Shown piece by piece: positions 8,882-18,935 of a DNA stretch of 64,000 nt. A program made the position numbers and the translations under genes. Location: assembly GCA_963822445.1 (NCBI GenBank), contig CAWGHO010000001.1, positions 1,088,001 through 1,152,000 of the forward strand, in the 5' to 3' direction. The notes under the pieces were generated by a model. The model made no database searches, was not told where the DNA came from, and worked only from the letters and a program-made list of their open reading frames with translations. Within the stretch, counting starts at the first letter, position 1, and each line of letters begins with the position of its first letter. The stretch comes from an uncultured Acidobacteriota bacterium (lineage in GTDB: Bacteria > Acidobacteriota > Thermoanaerobaculia > Gp7-AA8).

Positions 8882-10792
8882 TCACTCGCCACCGGCCGTC
8901 CGAGAAACCTCTCCACCATCTCCCTCGCGGGCTCCTCGCTGCCGCGGCTCAGGATCAGTCTCGCGGAAGCGCTGGCCGACCTCGGAGTTCATCACGTCGG
9001 CGCCGAACGCGGTCACCAGGTCGAGGGCGATCACTTTCGCCCACATGTAGCCGTAGTAGCCGGCGGCGTAGCCCGAAGCGATGTGCTCGAAGGTTCCGGG
9101 GAACTGCGTGCCTTCGACGTAGCCCATCGGCGTGGCACCTTCCATCGAGCGCCACACATCGAGCGCGCGGCCCGGCTGTTCGCTGGAAAGAGCCATATCG
9201 AACGAGGCGTAGAGAAGTTGGCGGCCGTAATCGACGCCGGCGCCGAACTCGCTTCGCTGAACGCAAACGATCGACGAGCGACTGATCGATCTCCGGACAG
9301 GTCGCTGCAGTGCCTGCGCAGCAGGGAGAGGCTCTCCATCCGGCTCGCCCACTCCTCGTACATCTGCGACGGCGCCTCGACGAAATCGCGCTCGACGCTC
9401 GTGCCGGAGTGCCCGACGTAGTACGTGTCTCGACAGCACGCCGTGCAGCACGTGCCCGAACTCGTGCAGCAGCGTTTCCAGCTCGTCGTGGGTGAGCCCC
9501 TCGCGATCGAAGTTCGTCACCAGCGCGCTGATCGGCTTCCGTCCGGTACGGCGGCTCACTCCGCGCACCGGCCAGGCCGCGGCATGCTTGTACTTGCCGT
9601 CGCGCGGATAGAGATCGAGATAGATGCCGCCGACCAGATCGCCGCTCGAGGCATCCAGCACGTCGAGGTAGATCACATCCTCGTGCCACACCGGCACGGT
9701 CGCGCGCTCGAATCGCAGACCGTAGAGACGCTCGCTGATGTCGAGCATCCATTCGATCGTGGCCGGCGTGGGGAAGTACTTGCGAAGCTGTTCCTGGTCG
9801 ATGGCGTAGCGCCGTTCGCGCAATCGCTCTCGATAGAACGAGACGTCCCAGCGATCGATGCGCGCCTGCTCGACCGAAACGCCGGTCAGCTCGGCCTTGA
9901 GCTCGGCCAGGTGTCCGAGGTCGCGGATCTCGGCTTCGGTGACGACCTTGCGGACGTCGTCGAGGAAGCTCGTCACCTTCTCCGGAATCTCCACCATCCG
10001 CCGCTTGGTGACGTAGTGGGCGAAGCTGGGAACGCCGTAGAGATCGGCGATCTCCTTGCGCAGCGAGACGATCTCGTCGAGCACGGCCAGGTTCCGTTCG
10101 GTACCCCGCGACGTATTCGCCATCCAGTAGCGCTTCCGGGCCTGCTCGTCCTGCGCGTTCATCATGAAGGGGACGTAATCGGGATAGTCGAAGCCGACGA
10201 CCACGTCCCCCTCTTCATCGCGCGGCACGCGATCGAGCCACGACTGCGGCATGCCCCGGCACTCGTCGGGCGTGAAGACCAGACGGGTTTCGTTCTCGCG
10301 GATGTTCTTCGCGAACTCCTGCCCCAGCTCGGTCAGCCGCTCGGAGATCTGCTTGAAGCGATCGCGCTTCTCGACGGGAAGTGATACGCCGCTGTCCTCG
10401 AAGGCCTCGATGAGATGTTTGCGCAGCTCGCGCTCCGCGACGGACCGCGGCGCGACCGCGCTCACCCGCTCGTAGAAACGTTCGTTCTGAAAGACGCTGG
10501 TGATGAAGCTCGACTCCTGCACGAGCACGTCGTCGCAGGCGTCGCGGACCGCTTTGTCGGGATGGACGCTGTTGAGGAGCGAGATCGGCCCGAACGCGTC
10601 CTCCATCATCATGGCCGTGTCCTCCCAGGCGTCGAGGATGCGCGCGGCATCCGCCGATTCGAGCGGCACGGCCTCGATGCGGGCCAATGACTCTCGGGCC
10701 CGGCTCAGCGCACGCTCCGCGGACTCGGTCACGTCGCGGACATCGAGGATGGGAATGGTGGCGCGGCGGATCTCAGCGGCTTCAGCGGTCAT
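8882..10792 (-). CDS. M3 family oligopeptidase (several apparent indels in the 3' third)
   Basis: LDLYPRDGKYKHAA, HEFGH, DFVEAPSQMYEEW in a shifted frame, and GYAAGYYGYMWA. Confidence 0.88.
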   Translation of the reverse strand: MTAEAAEIRRATIPILDVRDVTESAERALSRARESLARIEAVPLESADAARILDAWEDTAMMMEDAFGPISLLNSVHPDKAVRDACDDVLVQESSFITSVFQNERFYERVSAVAPRSVAERELRKHLIEAFEDSGVSLPVEKRDRFKQISERLTELGQEFAKNIRENETRLVFTPDECRGMPQSWLDRVPRDEEGDVVVGFDYPDYVPFMMNAQDEQARKRYWMANTSRGTERNLAVLDEIVSLRKEIADLYGVPSFAHYVTKRRMVEIPEKVTSFLDDVRKVVTEAEIRDLGHLAELKAELTGVSVEQARIDRWDVSFYRERLRERRYAIDQEQLRKYFPTPATIEWMLDISERLYGLRFERATVPVWHEDVIYLDVLDASSGDLVGGIYLDLYPRDGKYKHAAAWPVRGVSRRTGRKPISALVTNFDREGLTHDELETLLHEFGHVLHGVLSRHVLRRALRHERRARFRRGAVADVRGVGEPDGEPLPAAQALQRPVRRSISRSSIVCVQRSEFGAGVDYGRQLLYASFDMALSSEQPGRALDVWRSMEGATPMGYVEGTQFPGTFEHIASGYAAGYYGYMWAKVIALDLVTAFGADVMNSEVGQRFRETDPEPRQRGAREGDGGEVSRTAGGE

Positions 10793-10850
10793 CAGGCGGG
10801 CGGGATTCTAAGTGCCGCAACTTTGCTCAGCAAATCACGTACACAGATGT

Positions 10851-11723
10851 ATGCGCCCTATCTCCCTGCTGCTCGTGCTCTGCCTGATCTCCGTCCCCGT
10901 TTTCGCCGCGAATCACGTCGAGCTTTTCACGGCCGGCAAGGCGGCGCTCAGCTCCGGCCAGGCCGAGAAAGCCGCGGGCCTCTTCGAGCAGGCCATCAAG
11001 CTTCAGCCGAGGAACGCCGAATATCACTACTACCTCGGCGGCGCATACGGCGAGATGGCCATGGCCGCAAGCCTCTTCGGCAAGGCCTCGCTCGCCAAAA
11101 AGGCGAAAGTCGCGCTGGACAAAGCGGTGGAGCTCGACCCCAACGCCATCGAGCCCCGTTTCGCCCTCATCGACTTCCATCTGATGGCCCCCGGGTTCAT
11201 GGGCGGCGATCCTGACAAAGCTCTCGCGCATGCGAACGAGATCAAGAAGCGCGACAACATCGACGGCCATCGCGCCTTCGCCCGGATTCACGCGCGGCAG
11301 AAGAAGACCGATCTGGCGCGCAAGGAGTTCGTCGACGCGGTGCGCGAGAATCCGAAGTCGGCGCGCGCGCACTACCTGCTGGCGACCTTCCTCTGGAGTG
11401 AGAAGAACTGGACCGGTGCCATGCAGGAGGTCGATGCGGCGCTGAAGCTCGACCCGAACTTCATGCCCGCCTGGTACCGCCTCGGCGCCGTGGCCGGGAA
11501 CTCCGGCCAGAACCTGGCGCGTGGTGAAGAAGCGCTGCGCAAATACCTCGCGTACACGCCGGTGCAGAACGAGCCGTCCCACGGCTGGGCGTGGTACTTC
11601 GTCGGACTGATTCAGGAGAAGCAGGGGAAGAAAGCGGAGGCGAAGGTGAGTCTGCAGAAAGCGCAGAAGATCCTGCCGAACGCGAAGGACATCAGCGACG
11701 CGCTCAAGCGCGTTTCCAGCTAA
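10851..11723 (+). CDS. Secreted tetratricopeptide repeat protein
   Basis: Signal peptide and TPR repeats (AIKLQPRNAEYHYYLG, ALKLDPNFMPAWYRLG). Confidence 0.85.
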   Translation: MRPISLLLVLCLISVPVFAANHVELFTAGKAALSSGQAEKAAGLFEQAIKLQPRNAEYHYYLGGAYGEMAMAASLFGKASLAKKAKVALDKAVELDPNAIEPRFALIDFHLMAPGFMGGDPDKALAHANEIKKRDNIDGHRAFARIHARQKKTDLARKEFVDAVRENPKSARAHYLLATFLWSEKNWTGAMQEVDAALKLDPNFMPAWYRLGAVAGNSGQNLARGEEALRKYLAYTPVQNEPSHGWAWYFVGLIQEKQGKKAEAKVSLQKAQKILPNAKDISDALKRVSS

Positions 11724-12187
11724 TTCGGCTTCTCCACATCGGCGAGCGGCGTGACCGATCCCGTGGCCGCGTCGAACTTCTGAGCCTCGGGCGACTCGGT
11801 CTGCGATTCCTCGATCATCTGCCTCGCCGTATCGACGAGGGCCTGGGCGACGGCGTTGATGTCGAACGGCTTCCGGATCACGCGGCGCACCAGCGAGTCA
11901 TCGAGTGAAGCCACGTCGCCGTTGGTGAGGGCCGTGGCGACGATGACGATCGGCCGGGGCACGATGCCGTTGATCTTCTGCACCAGCTCGTAGCCGCTGA
12001 GGCGCGGCATCATCAGATCGACGATGGCGATCTGATACTCCTTCTGCTCGAACTTCTCGAGCGCATCCACGCCGTCGCGCGCCGTATCGACCTCGAAGCC
12101 TTCACGCTGAGCGATCCGCGCGAGCAATTTGCGGATCGCTGCATCGTCATCGACGATGAGTAAGGTCGTCTTCTTCGGCCCTGCCAT
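11720..12187 (-). CDS. Single-domain response regulator
   Basis: LIVDDD, DLMMPRLSG and KPF receiver motifs. Confidence 0.9.
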   Translation of the reverse strand: MAGPKKTTLLIVDDDAAIRKLLARIAQREGFEVDTARDGVDALEKFEQKEYQIAIVDLMMPRLSGYELVQKINGIVPRPIVIVATALTNGDVASLDDSLVRRVIRKPFDINAVAQALVDTARQMIEESQTESPEAQKFDAATGSVTPLADVEKPN

Positions 12188-12235
12188 GCCAGGGGCAAAG
12201 AAGTGCAAGGAGTGTGCGCAGTATGACCGGGAAAT

Positions 12236-12251
12236 TGTGATTTAAGTCACG
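12236..12251. promoter_or_regulatory. CRP/FNR-family-like binding site
   Basis: TGTGA-tttaag-TCACG in an AT-richer patch about 50 nt upstream of the response regulator. Confidence 0.4.
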
Positions 12252-12280
12252 CACGGTCAGTCATTTACGGCAGGCTGGGC

Positions 12281-12340
12281 TGTAGTGTGGGCCTCCTGGC
12301 CTACCTCCCGCCCGGAGGTAGGCCGGAGGCCCACACTACA
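12281..12340. repeat. GTAG-tagged REP-like palindrome, copy 2
   Basis: Same arms as 8794-8852 with a different loop. Confidence 0.8.
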
Positions 12341-12347
12341 CGGCACA

Positions 12348-13823
12348 TCAATGCGCGAAGCTCTGCATCGACCAGGCGAAGTCGACCTTCGTGTTGGTCG
12401 CGAACCAGGTCTTGTCATCGGGATTGAGCTGGAAAGCGATCGCGTACGAGTTCGTCGTCCAGGCCGCGGCGCGATGACAGGTCATGCAGTTGGACTGCAC
12501 GCCGTAGCCGTCGCCGGTCTTGTTCATCCCCTTGAGGTGCTTGAGGTCCGTCTCGAGGTAGGGGTTGTAGCAAAGCCGCCCCTGCCCGGTCAGTGAGCCC
12601 GGAGGCGTGACCATGTAGTACGCCGTGCAGCCAGCGTACTGATTCCAGGGCTTGGGGATGGTCGAGGGCGGCGACATCGCCGTCGGAGGATCGGCCGCGA
12701 GCTGCGACGGATTCGGCTGCCACCAGAAGGTCTGCCAGGTCCAGTTGTCGATCTCGCGGCTGGACACGTGTGTCGCGACCAGCAGCGCGAAATCGCCGAC
12801 CTTCGGCATCGACTCGTTCGAGTTTCCGAGCTCGTCGGCGTACTGCGCGAGATCGTTGACCTCGTCCTGCGTGAGCTGGAACGCGTAAAACGCGGACTGG
12901 GCCGGCTGCGCACTCACCGGCATGACCACGTACGTTCCCGCCTTCATCGTGGTCTGCCCTGGATTGCCCTCGTTGCAGATCCGGTCGACGTCGTTCTTCG
13001 CCTTGCCGGTCGGATCGGCGAGCACGCACTGCTTCCAGGTGTCGTTCGACGGGTTCGTCGTGCTGGTGCTGGCGTTGGACGAGAGTCCGTTCCAGTACGG
13101 GACCATGGTCGGCTCGGTGCCGCTGATGATCCAAAAGACCGGCTTGGTCATGATCGACGTGTTGGGAAACGGCTTGATCGCGCGCTGGGCGACCGGTGTC
13201 GTCGCCGTCCAGCTGTTGTTCAGATCCGTCAGGGTCTGCTTGAGGTAATACGAGTTCGTCCAGACGTGATCCTTCATCTCCTGGGTGAAGCGATTGAAGG
13301 TCAGGAGCAGGCCGGCATTGCCTGTGACCGGCGCGGCTCTCGGCGGCTTCGGATCAGTGTTGCCCTTGAAAAACTGATTCGGCCGGTGCATGCGCCGCTG
13401 CGGATTGACGCGGCGATTCTGGGCCTTGGCCATGACCATGTCGGCGCCCTGCGCGGCATCGGCGGCCGGCGCGGCCCCCTCGTTGACTTTGTAAACGGTG
13501 GTCGAGTCGTACCAGGTCTCCCACACCGGCAGCGGCGTGCCGTTGTAGGACTGGCCGCTGTCAGCGTTCATGGCCGCCCAGAGATCCCAGGCATGATCGG
13601 CGATGGCCGCATCATTCGGCGGCGTGCTGTTGATCCAGCCGTCGATCGTGGCCAGCGGAACGTAGACGCTGGGATTGATGGCCGTGTAGCGGATCTCCTG
13701 CTGGGCAGCCGGCTGGGTGCTGGTGGCTGTGGCGGACGTCGAGGATGTCTCGGTGGTGGATTTGGTTTCGGACTGGCAGGCAACGAACAGGACGAGAGCG
13801 ATCAGGACAAGCGATCGGCGCAT
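12348..13823 (-). CDS. Lipoprotein with a C-terminal CxxCH heme-c motif
   Basis: LFVAC lipobox, Ser/Thr linker and SNCMTCH near the C-terminus. Confidence 0.7.
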   Translation of the reverse strand: MRRSLVLIALVLFVACQSETKSTTETSSTSATATSTQPAAQQEIRYTAINPSVYVPLATIDGWINSTPPNDAAIADHAWDLWAAMNADSGQSYNGTPLPVWETWYDSTTVYKVNEGAAPAADAAQGADMVMAKAQNRRVNPQRRMHRPNQFFKGNTDPKPPRAAPVTGNAGLLLTFNRFTQEMKDHVWTNSYYLKQTLTDLNNSWTATTPVAQRAIKPFPNTSIMTKPVFWIISGTEPTMVPYWNGLSSNASTSTTNPSNDTWKQCVLADPTGKAKNDVDRICNEGNPGQTTMKAGTYVVMPVSAQPAQSAFYAFQLTQDEVNDLAQYADELGNSNESMPKVGDFALLVATHVSSREIDNWTWQTFWWQPNPSQLAADPPTAMSPPSTIPKPWNQYAGCTAYYMVTPPGSLTGQGRLCYNPYLETDLKHLKGMNKTGDGYGVQSNCMTCHRAAAWTTNSYAIAFQLNPDDKTWFATNTKVDFAWSMQSFAH

Positions 13824-13869
13824 CAATACTTCCTCCCTGACGGAGGAGAGTTGCCAGCGGGATAAATCC

Positions 13870-14466
13870 CTACCGCGATCCTTCGAGAGACGCCGTGCCG
13901 CCCACCAGGATCGGGTACGGATTGACCGGCGTGCCCTTCCACCAGCGCTTCTCCGCCGTCAACACTTCGATGGCGAAGTGAAGGTGAGGAGTGCCGCGGG
14001 TGTTGCCGGTCGTCCCGACGTAGCCGATGACCGTTCCCTGGGTGACGAAAAGCCCTTCCGCGATTCCCTTCGCATAGCGATCGAGGTGGGCGTAGTAGTA
14101 AACGCGCTCCCGGTTCACGTCGAACTGGTAGATCGTCACGCCGCCCGCTTTGCTGTGGAAGAGCTTCTCGATCCTGCCGTCGACGGCCGCGATGACCGGC
14201 GTGCCTTTGGGGGCCATGATGTCGAGCGCGTTGTGCAGGCGGCCGCCGCCGCGCGGCTGGGTGAAGTTGTCGCGGATGCGATCCGCCGTCATGCCCCGAA
14301 CGGGGATCATGATGCCGCCCGACGGCGTCACCACCATCGACGACGGCACGCGCGCCAGGGCGGGCGACGCCGGCGCGGGTCGCGCGACGCTCTCGCCGCT
14401 GCTGAGAATCACGATGGCCACGCCGCCGAGAATCCAGCCGCCGATCAGTACTCCGAATGTACGCAC
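13870..14466 (-). CDS. M23 family metallopeptidase
   Basis: HNALD, YYAHL and PHLHF motifs with an N-terminal TM/signal. GTG start. Confidence 0.9.
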   Translation of the reverse strand: MRTFGVLIGGWILGGVAIVILSSGESVARPAPASPALARVPSSMVVTPSGGIMIPVRGMTADRIRDNFTQPRGGGRLHNALDIMAPKGTPVIAAVDGRIEKLFHSKAGGVTIYQFDVNRERVYYYAHLDRYAKGIAEGLFVTQGTVIGYVGTTGNTRGTPHLHFAIEVLTAEKRWWKGTPVNPYPILVGGTASLEGSR

Positions 14467-14487
14467 GAGACCGATAATGAACGTCCG

Positions 14488-15369
14488 GTGCCGGAACTTC
14501 CCGATATCACCCTTTATCTCGAGGCCCTCGAGGCCCGAATCGTGGGCAAAACGCTGGAAAAAGTCCGTCTGGCCAGCCCGTTTCTGCTCCGGACCGTGGA
14601 GCCAACTCCTGCAGACGTAGCGGGTAAGCGCGTAACCGAGCTCCGCCGTCTCGGCAAGCGCATCGCCATCGGCCTCGAAGGCGAGCTCTTCCTCATCATC
14701 CATCTGATGATTGCTGGCCGCCTGAAGTGGCTGCCCAAAGGCGCGAAGGTCCCCGGCAAGGTCGGTCTCGCCGCCTTCGACTTCGATGCGGGGACGCTCG
14801 TGCTGACCGAGGCGGGGTCGAAGCGGCGGGCTTCCCTGCATATCGTGAAGGGCGAAGAGGCGCTGGCCGATCACCACCGCGGCGGGATCGAGCCGCTTGA
14901 GATGACGTTCGACGAGTTCCGCGCCGCCCTCACCGCGGGACGCCACACCCTCAAACGCCAGCTCACCGACCCGCAGGTCTTCAGCGGAATCGGCAACGCC
15001 TACTCCGACGAGATCCTCCACCGCGCCCGCCTCTCGCCGGTGCAGATGACGACGAACCTCGACGACGAAGAACTGAAGCGCCTCTACGACGCGATCCGCG
15101 ACACGCTCCAGCTCTGGATCGCGCGCCTCCGCGCCGAGACCGGCACCGCCTTCCCCGAGAAAGTCACCGCCTTCCGCCCGGAGATGGCCGTCCACGGCAA
15201 ATACAACCAGCCCTGCCCCGACTGTGGCACCCCCGTCCAGCACATCGTCTACGCCGAAAACGAAACGAACTACTGCGCCCGCTGCCAGACAGGCGGAAAG
15301 CTCCTCGCCGACCGCGCGCTCTCGAGATTGTTGAGAGGGGATTGGCCGAAGTCGATTGATGAGCTCTGA
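14488..15369 (+). CDS. Fpg/Nei family DNA glycosylase
   Basis: GTG start, PELPD, HLMIAG, GIGNAYSDEIL and a CPDC...CARCQ zinc finger. Confidence 0.92.
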   Translation: MPELPDITLYLEALEARIVGKTLEKVRLASPFLLRTVEPTPADVAGKRVTELRRLGKRIAIGLEGELFLIIHLMIAGRLKWLPKGAKVPGKVGLAAFDFDAGTLVLTEAGSKRRASLHIVKGEEALADHHRGGIEPLEMTFDEFRAALTAGRHTLKRQLTDPQVFSGIGNAYSDEILHRARLSPVQMTTNLDDEELKRLYDAIRDTLQLWIARLRAETGTAFPEKVTAFRPEMAVHGKYNQPCPDCGTPVQHIVYAENETNYCARCQTGGKLLADRALSRLLRGDWPKSIDEL

Positions 15370-15372
15370 TTT

Positions 15373-15452
15373 GGTTACGAGGTTTCGAGGTTGCGGGGTT
15401 ACGAGGTGGCTCTTCTCCCTCGAAACCTCGCAACCCCGTAACCCCGCAACCC
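15373..15452. repeat. Octamer tandem-repeat hairpin (GGTTNCGR)n
   Basis: Four direct units, a short loop and four inverted units. Confidence 0.85.
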
Positions 15453-15497
15453 TTCTCTAACGTTTCCAAAACCCGCACGTCTATCCAGTTTGAACCC

Positions 15498-16145
15498 ATG
15501 CTTCAGGCGGCCATGACCGGCATTCTTCCAGTGACTGCGACCTCGCCAGTGGGAACCACGGAGGATCGCCGGCTCGCGAGCGCTTGTGCGGCGGGGGACA
15601 CAGGGATCTTTGAAGAGATTTACCAGCGGTTCGGCGAGCGGATGAAGAGCATCGCCTGGAATCACCTCGGCAACCGCAGCGATGCCGAGGATGCGGTCCA
15701 GGAGACGTTTCTGAAGATCCATCGGGCGGCGAAGACGTACTCGGGCGAGGCGTCGTTCTCCACGTGGGCATTCAGGATCCTCGTCAATACCTGCTACGAC
15801 GTTCTCAGGAAGCGGCGGCGGCGCATCGAAGAAGCGCCGATCGACGACACCCCCGAGACCGCCGAGCGGACCGCGCCCAACATCGACGAGGCCAAGCGGA
15901 TGACGCTTCGCAAGCTCCTCTCCGAGCTCACCGAACAGCGCCGTACCGTCTTCACCCTTTTCGAGATCGAAGGACTCAGTCACGCCGAGATCGCCGAGAT
16001 CCTCGGCATCAGCGAAGGGAATTCGAAGTGGATTCTCTTCGCAACCAAGAAGGAGCTCCAGGAGAAATGGTTACGGGGTCACGGGGTTACGGGGTCCCCT
16101 CCACCCCGCAACCCCGAAACCTCGCAACCCCGGAACCATCAATGA
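15498..16145 (+). CDS. ECF RNA polymerase sigma factor
   Basis: DAEDAVQETF, FSTWAFRI and LSHAEIAEILGIS. Confidence 0.92.
   Translation: MLQAAMTGILPVTATSPVGTTEDRRLASACAAGDTGIFEEIYQRFGERMKSIAWNHLGNRSDAEDAVQETFLKIHRAAKTYSGEASFSTWAFRILVNTCYDVLRKRRRRIEEAPIDDTPETAERTAPNIDEAKRMTLRKLLSELTEQRRTVFTLFEIEGLSHAEIAEILGISEGNSKWILFATKKELQEKWLRGHGVTGSPPPRNPETSQPRNHQ
16069..16137. repeat. Octamer tandem-repeat hairpin inside the sigma factor 3' end
   Basis: GGTTACGG-type units and inverted CCCCGCAA-type units, translated in frame. Confidence 0.8.
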
Positions 16146-16781
16146 TGAACATCACCTGCAATCAACTCGACGACCTGCTGTTCGACGGCTCTCCGCTGGC
16201 CATGGAGTCCGCGGCGCGGCATGCGCGCGACTGCGCGGCCTGCGCGGAGAAGCTGGCGGCGTGGAACGACATCTCGGACACCGCTCAGTCCATGCGCGAG
16301 AGCTGGCAGAACGACATGCTCTGGCCGCGCATCGAGCGCTCCCTTCGCGAAGAGCGGAAGAAAAGCGCACCCATGACCCGCCTCTGGCAATACGCCGCGG
16401 CCATCCTCATCACCATCGGCCTCGGCGGCACGATGTGGTACTCGCTGCGCGTCCAGAGCAGCGAGGCCGCATTCGACAAACGGATCCTGCAGACCTCCGC
16501 GCTCGACGACGTGGAGCGCGCCGAAAAGAGCCACGAGCTGGCCATCGCCCAGCTCGAGCAGCTCGCCGAATCGAAGATCGACCACGAGCGGCTCGCCGCT
16601 GATGGTCTCCTACAAAGAAAAGCTCATGCTCCTCGACGACGCGATCGCCGAGTGCCAGTCCAACATCGACAGAAATCGACAGAACGCGCATCTCCGGAAG
16701 CAGCTGCTGGCCATGTACTCGGCCAAGCAGCAGACCCTCGAGGACGTGCTGCGGGAGGACACCAATGTCTCGAATCAATAG
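16142..16781 (+). CDS. Putative zinc-finger anti-sigma factor (apparent indel near 16590)
   Basis: HxxxCxxC motif, one TM helix and an ATGA overlap with the sigma gene. The C-terminal part is in a shifted frame. Confidence 0.75.
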
Positions 16782-18222
16782 CGCGATTGCCGCGCTGGTC
16801 ATGCTCCTCATCGTCGCTCCCGTTTTCGCGGAGCCGCACGATGACGAGCGTTACGAGCTGAAGTTCGGCAAGAACCTTTCCTACCACGGCGGCACGGTCA
16901 CCATCGATCACCGCATCGGGTAGCCTGACCGTACGCACGCATGCTGCGAACACCGTCGACGTCCGGGCCATCATCCGCGCGTCCGATCCCGACATCGGCA
17001 AGCAGATCCGCATTCACGTCAGCGAGAGCGGGCCGGCCACGATCCGCACGGAATTTCCCCGCATCGTCAATTACCGGGGCAATCTCTCCTACTCGGTCGA
17101 CATGACCGTGACTCTGCCCGCGAACGCGCCGGTGCTAGCCAAGAATCAGTTCGGCAACATCGATGCGCGCGGCTTGCGCACGGCCAGCCAGATCGAGAAC
17201 AAGCAGGGCTCGATCAAAGTCGCCGACACCCGCGGCGCACAGACGGTGTCGAATCAGTTCGGCTCGATCGAAGTGACGGACAGCGCCGGCGATCTGACCG
17301 TGGCCAACAGCAACGGCTCGATCAAGGTGCAGAACGTCGACGGCGCTCTCACCGTCGCGAACCGCTTCGGTTCGATCACCGTTCCGACATCAAGCGCGCG
17401 GCGACCATCGCCAACTCGAACGGCGCTGTCGATGTGACCGACGTTGGCGGCACTCTCAAGGTCACCAACGCCTTCGGCAGCGTGAAGGTCTCGACCATCA
17501 CCGGCGCCGCGGACATCACCGTCAGCAACGCCCGGGTCGAAGTGTCGAACGTGAAGGGAGCGGCGACGATCCGCAATTCATTCGGAACCGTGGTCGCGCG
17601 CACGATCGGCGGGGCGCTGACCGTGGACGGCGACAACTCGCGCGTTGATGCGACGGACATCGGCGGCAACGCCACCATCGACACGGCCTTCGGCGCGGTC
17701 AACGTTCAAAACGTATCGGGACTGACGAAGATCGTGGCCGCGAACGGGAACATCAAAGTGTCGGATCTGAACGGCGCGCTCGACGCGCAGACGCGCTTCG
17801 GCTCGGTGAAGGCGGAGCGGGTCCGCGGCAACGCGACGGTGAAGGGCTCAAACGGCAGCATCACCCTCAACGAGATCAGCGGCGGCGTGAACGTGCGTAC
17901 GAGCTTCGGCTCGGCGTTCGTCGACGGCGTCGGCGGCGCGGTGGACATCCAGAACGAGAACGGCGCGGTCGGCGTGAGCGGCCTGCGCGGCAGCGGATGC
18001 CACCCGGTGTCGCTCCGGACGAGCTTCAGCTCGATCAAGATCGCCCTGCCGGAAAACGTGGGCTACAACGTCAGCGCCCGGACGTCGTTCGGCCGCATCA
18101 ACACCGATATCCCCGTCACCGCAACCGGCTCGGTCGGCGAGACGCTGTCCGGCACGATCGGCAAAGGGGGCTGCCGCCTCGACCTCATCAACTCGAACGG
18201 GAACATCACCATTACGCGCTGA
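16765..18222 (+). CDS. DUF4097-like beta-strand repeat protein (apparent indels near 16920 and 17385)
   Basis: Signal peptide and many NxFGxI / SNGxI repeats spread over several frames. Confidence 0.75.
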
Positions 18223-18230
18223 CGCGCTGA

Positions 18231-18312
18231 GTGATTAGTGGTTAGTCGTTAGTGATTAGTAGCCACGCGGAACCGGCTTCCTAATCACTAATCACTAACC
18301 ACTAATCACTAA
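18231..18312. repeat. Heptamer tandem-repeat hairpin (GTGRTTA-type)
   Basis: GTGATTA/GTGGTTA/GTCGTTA units and inverted CTAATCA/CTAACCA units between convergent genes. Confidence 0.85.
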
Positions 18313-18935
18313 AACGTCCTGCGATACGTAAAGATGAAGGCTCGCGGAACGCAGTTGCGGATGGGGGGCGAGAACTTCGCCCCCTTGATCTCGCGCTCGG
18401 CTAGAAACGCGAGCGATTCCTCGCCGGTCGTGTTCGAGACCACCTTCGTTTTCGTGACCACGCCCTTCGTGTTCACGCTCGCCTCAACCACGACCATCCC
18501 CGGCCGCGCGCGGTCGGAAAAGGCCAGGGTCGGTGTCTCGACGAAGGCGTAGTCCGAGTCGCAGCTGGTGTTCTTCTTCTTCGCTGTAGTTTTTGTCGAC
18601 GCCGTTCCGCTGCTCACGAATCGCGAGGCCACCCAGCCGACCTCGCCGCTGGCGAGCTTCACCTTCGTCCAGTTGTCATCGTCATCGGCCAGCACGTCCA
18701 GCGCCGTCCCTTTTTTCAACTGGGTGATGACCTCGGCGTCACCCGACGCGTCGCGGCGGACGTTGAGCGCCGAAGCGGTGACCCGCACCGTGCCGATCAC
18801 CTTTTCCACCTCGGTGATTTTGGGAGGTGGCGGCGGAGGCGCTGCCGGTGCGACGACGGGCGCAGGCGGCGCGGCGCATGCGCACAGCAGGAGCAGGGAG
18901 AGGGCAACCAGGACCCGAAGCACGAGCCCGATCAT
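18309..18935 (-). CDS. Lipoprotein with SH3b and TonB-C-like domains
   Basis: LNVRR...GWVASRFV (SH3b) followed by VVVEASVNTKGVV...AKFSP (TonB-C-like). Confidence 0.7.
   Translation of the reverse strand: MIGLVLRVLVALSLLLLCACAAPPAPVVAPAAPPPPPPKITEVEKVIGTVRVTASALNVRRDASGDAEVITQLKKGTALDVLADDDDNWTKVKLASGEVGWVASRFVSSGTASTKTTAKKKNTSCDSDYAFVETPTLAFSDRARPGMVVVEASVNTKGVVTKTKVVSNTTGEESLAFLAEREIKGAKFSPPIRNCVPRAFIFTYRRTF

Noticed and set aside
7440-17440. Frameshifts in the M4 peptidase, XRE regulator, M3 peptidase, anti-sigma and DUF4097-like genes as pseudogenes or programmed shifts
   Set aside because: They are small indels clustered in one 10-kb stretch across unrelated genes, with intact motifs and no shared slippery context. 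Consensus sequencing errors are the likeliest cause.
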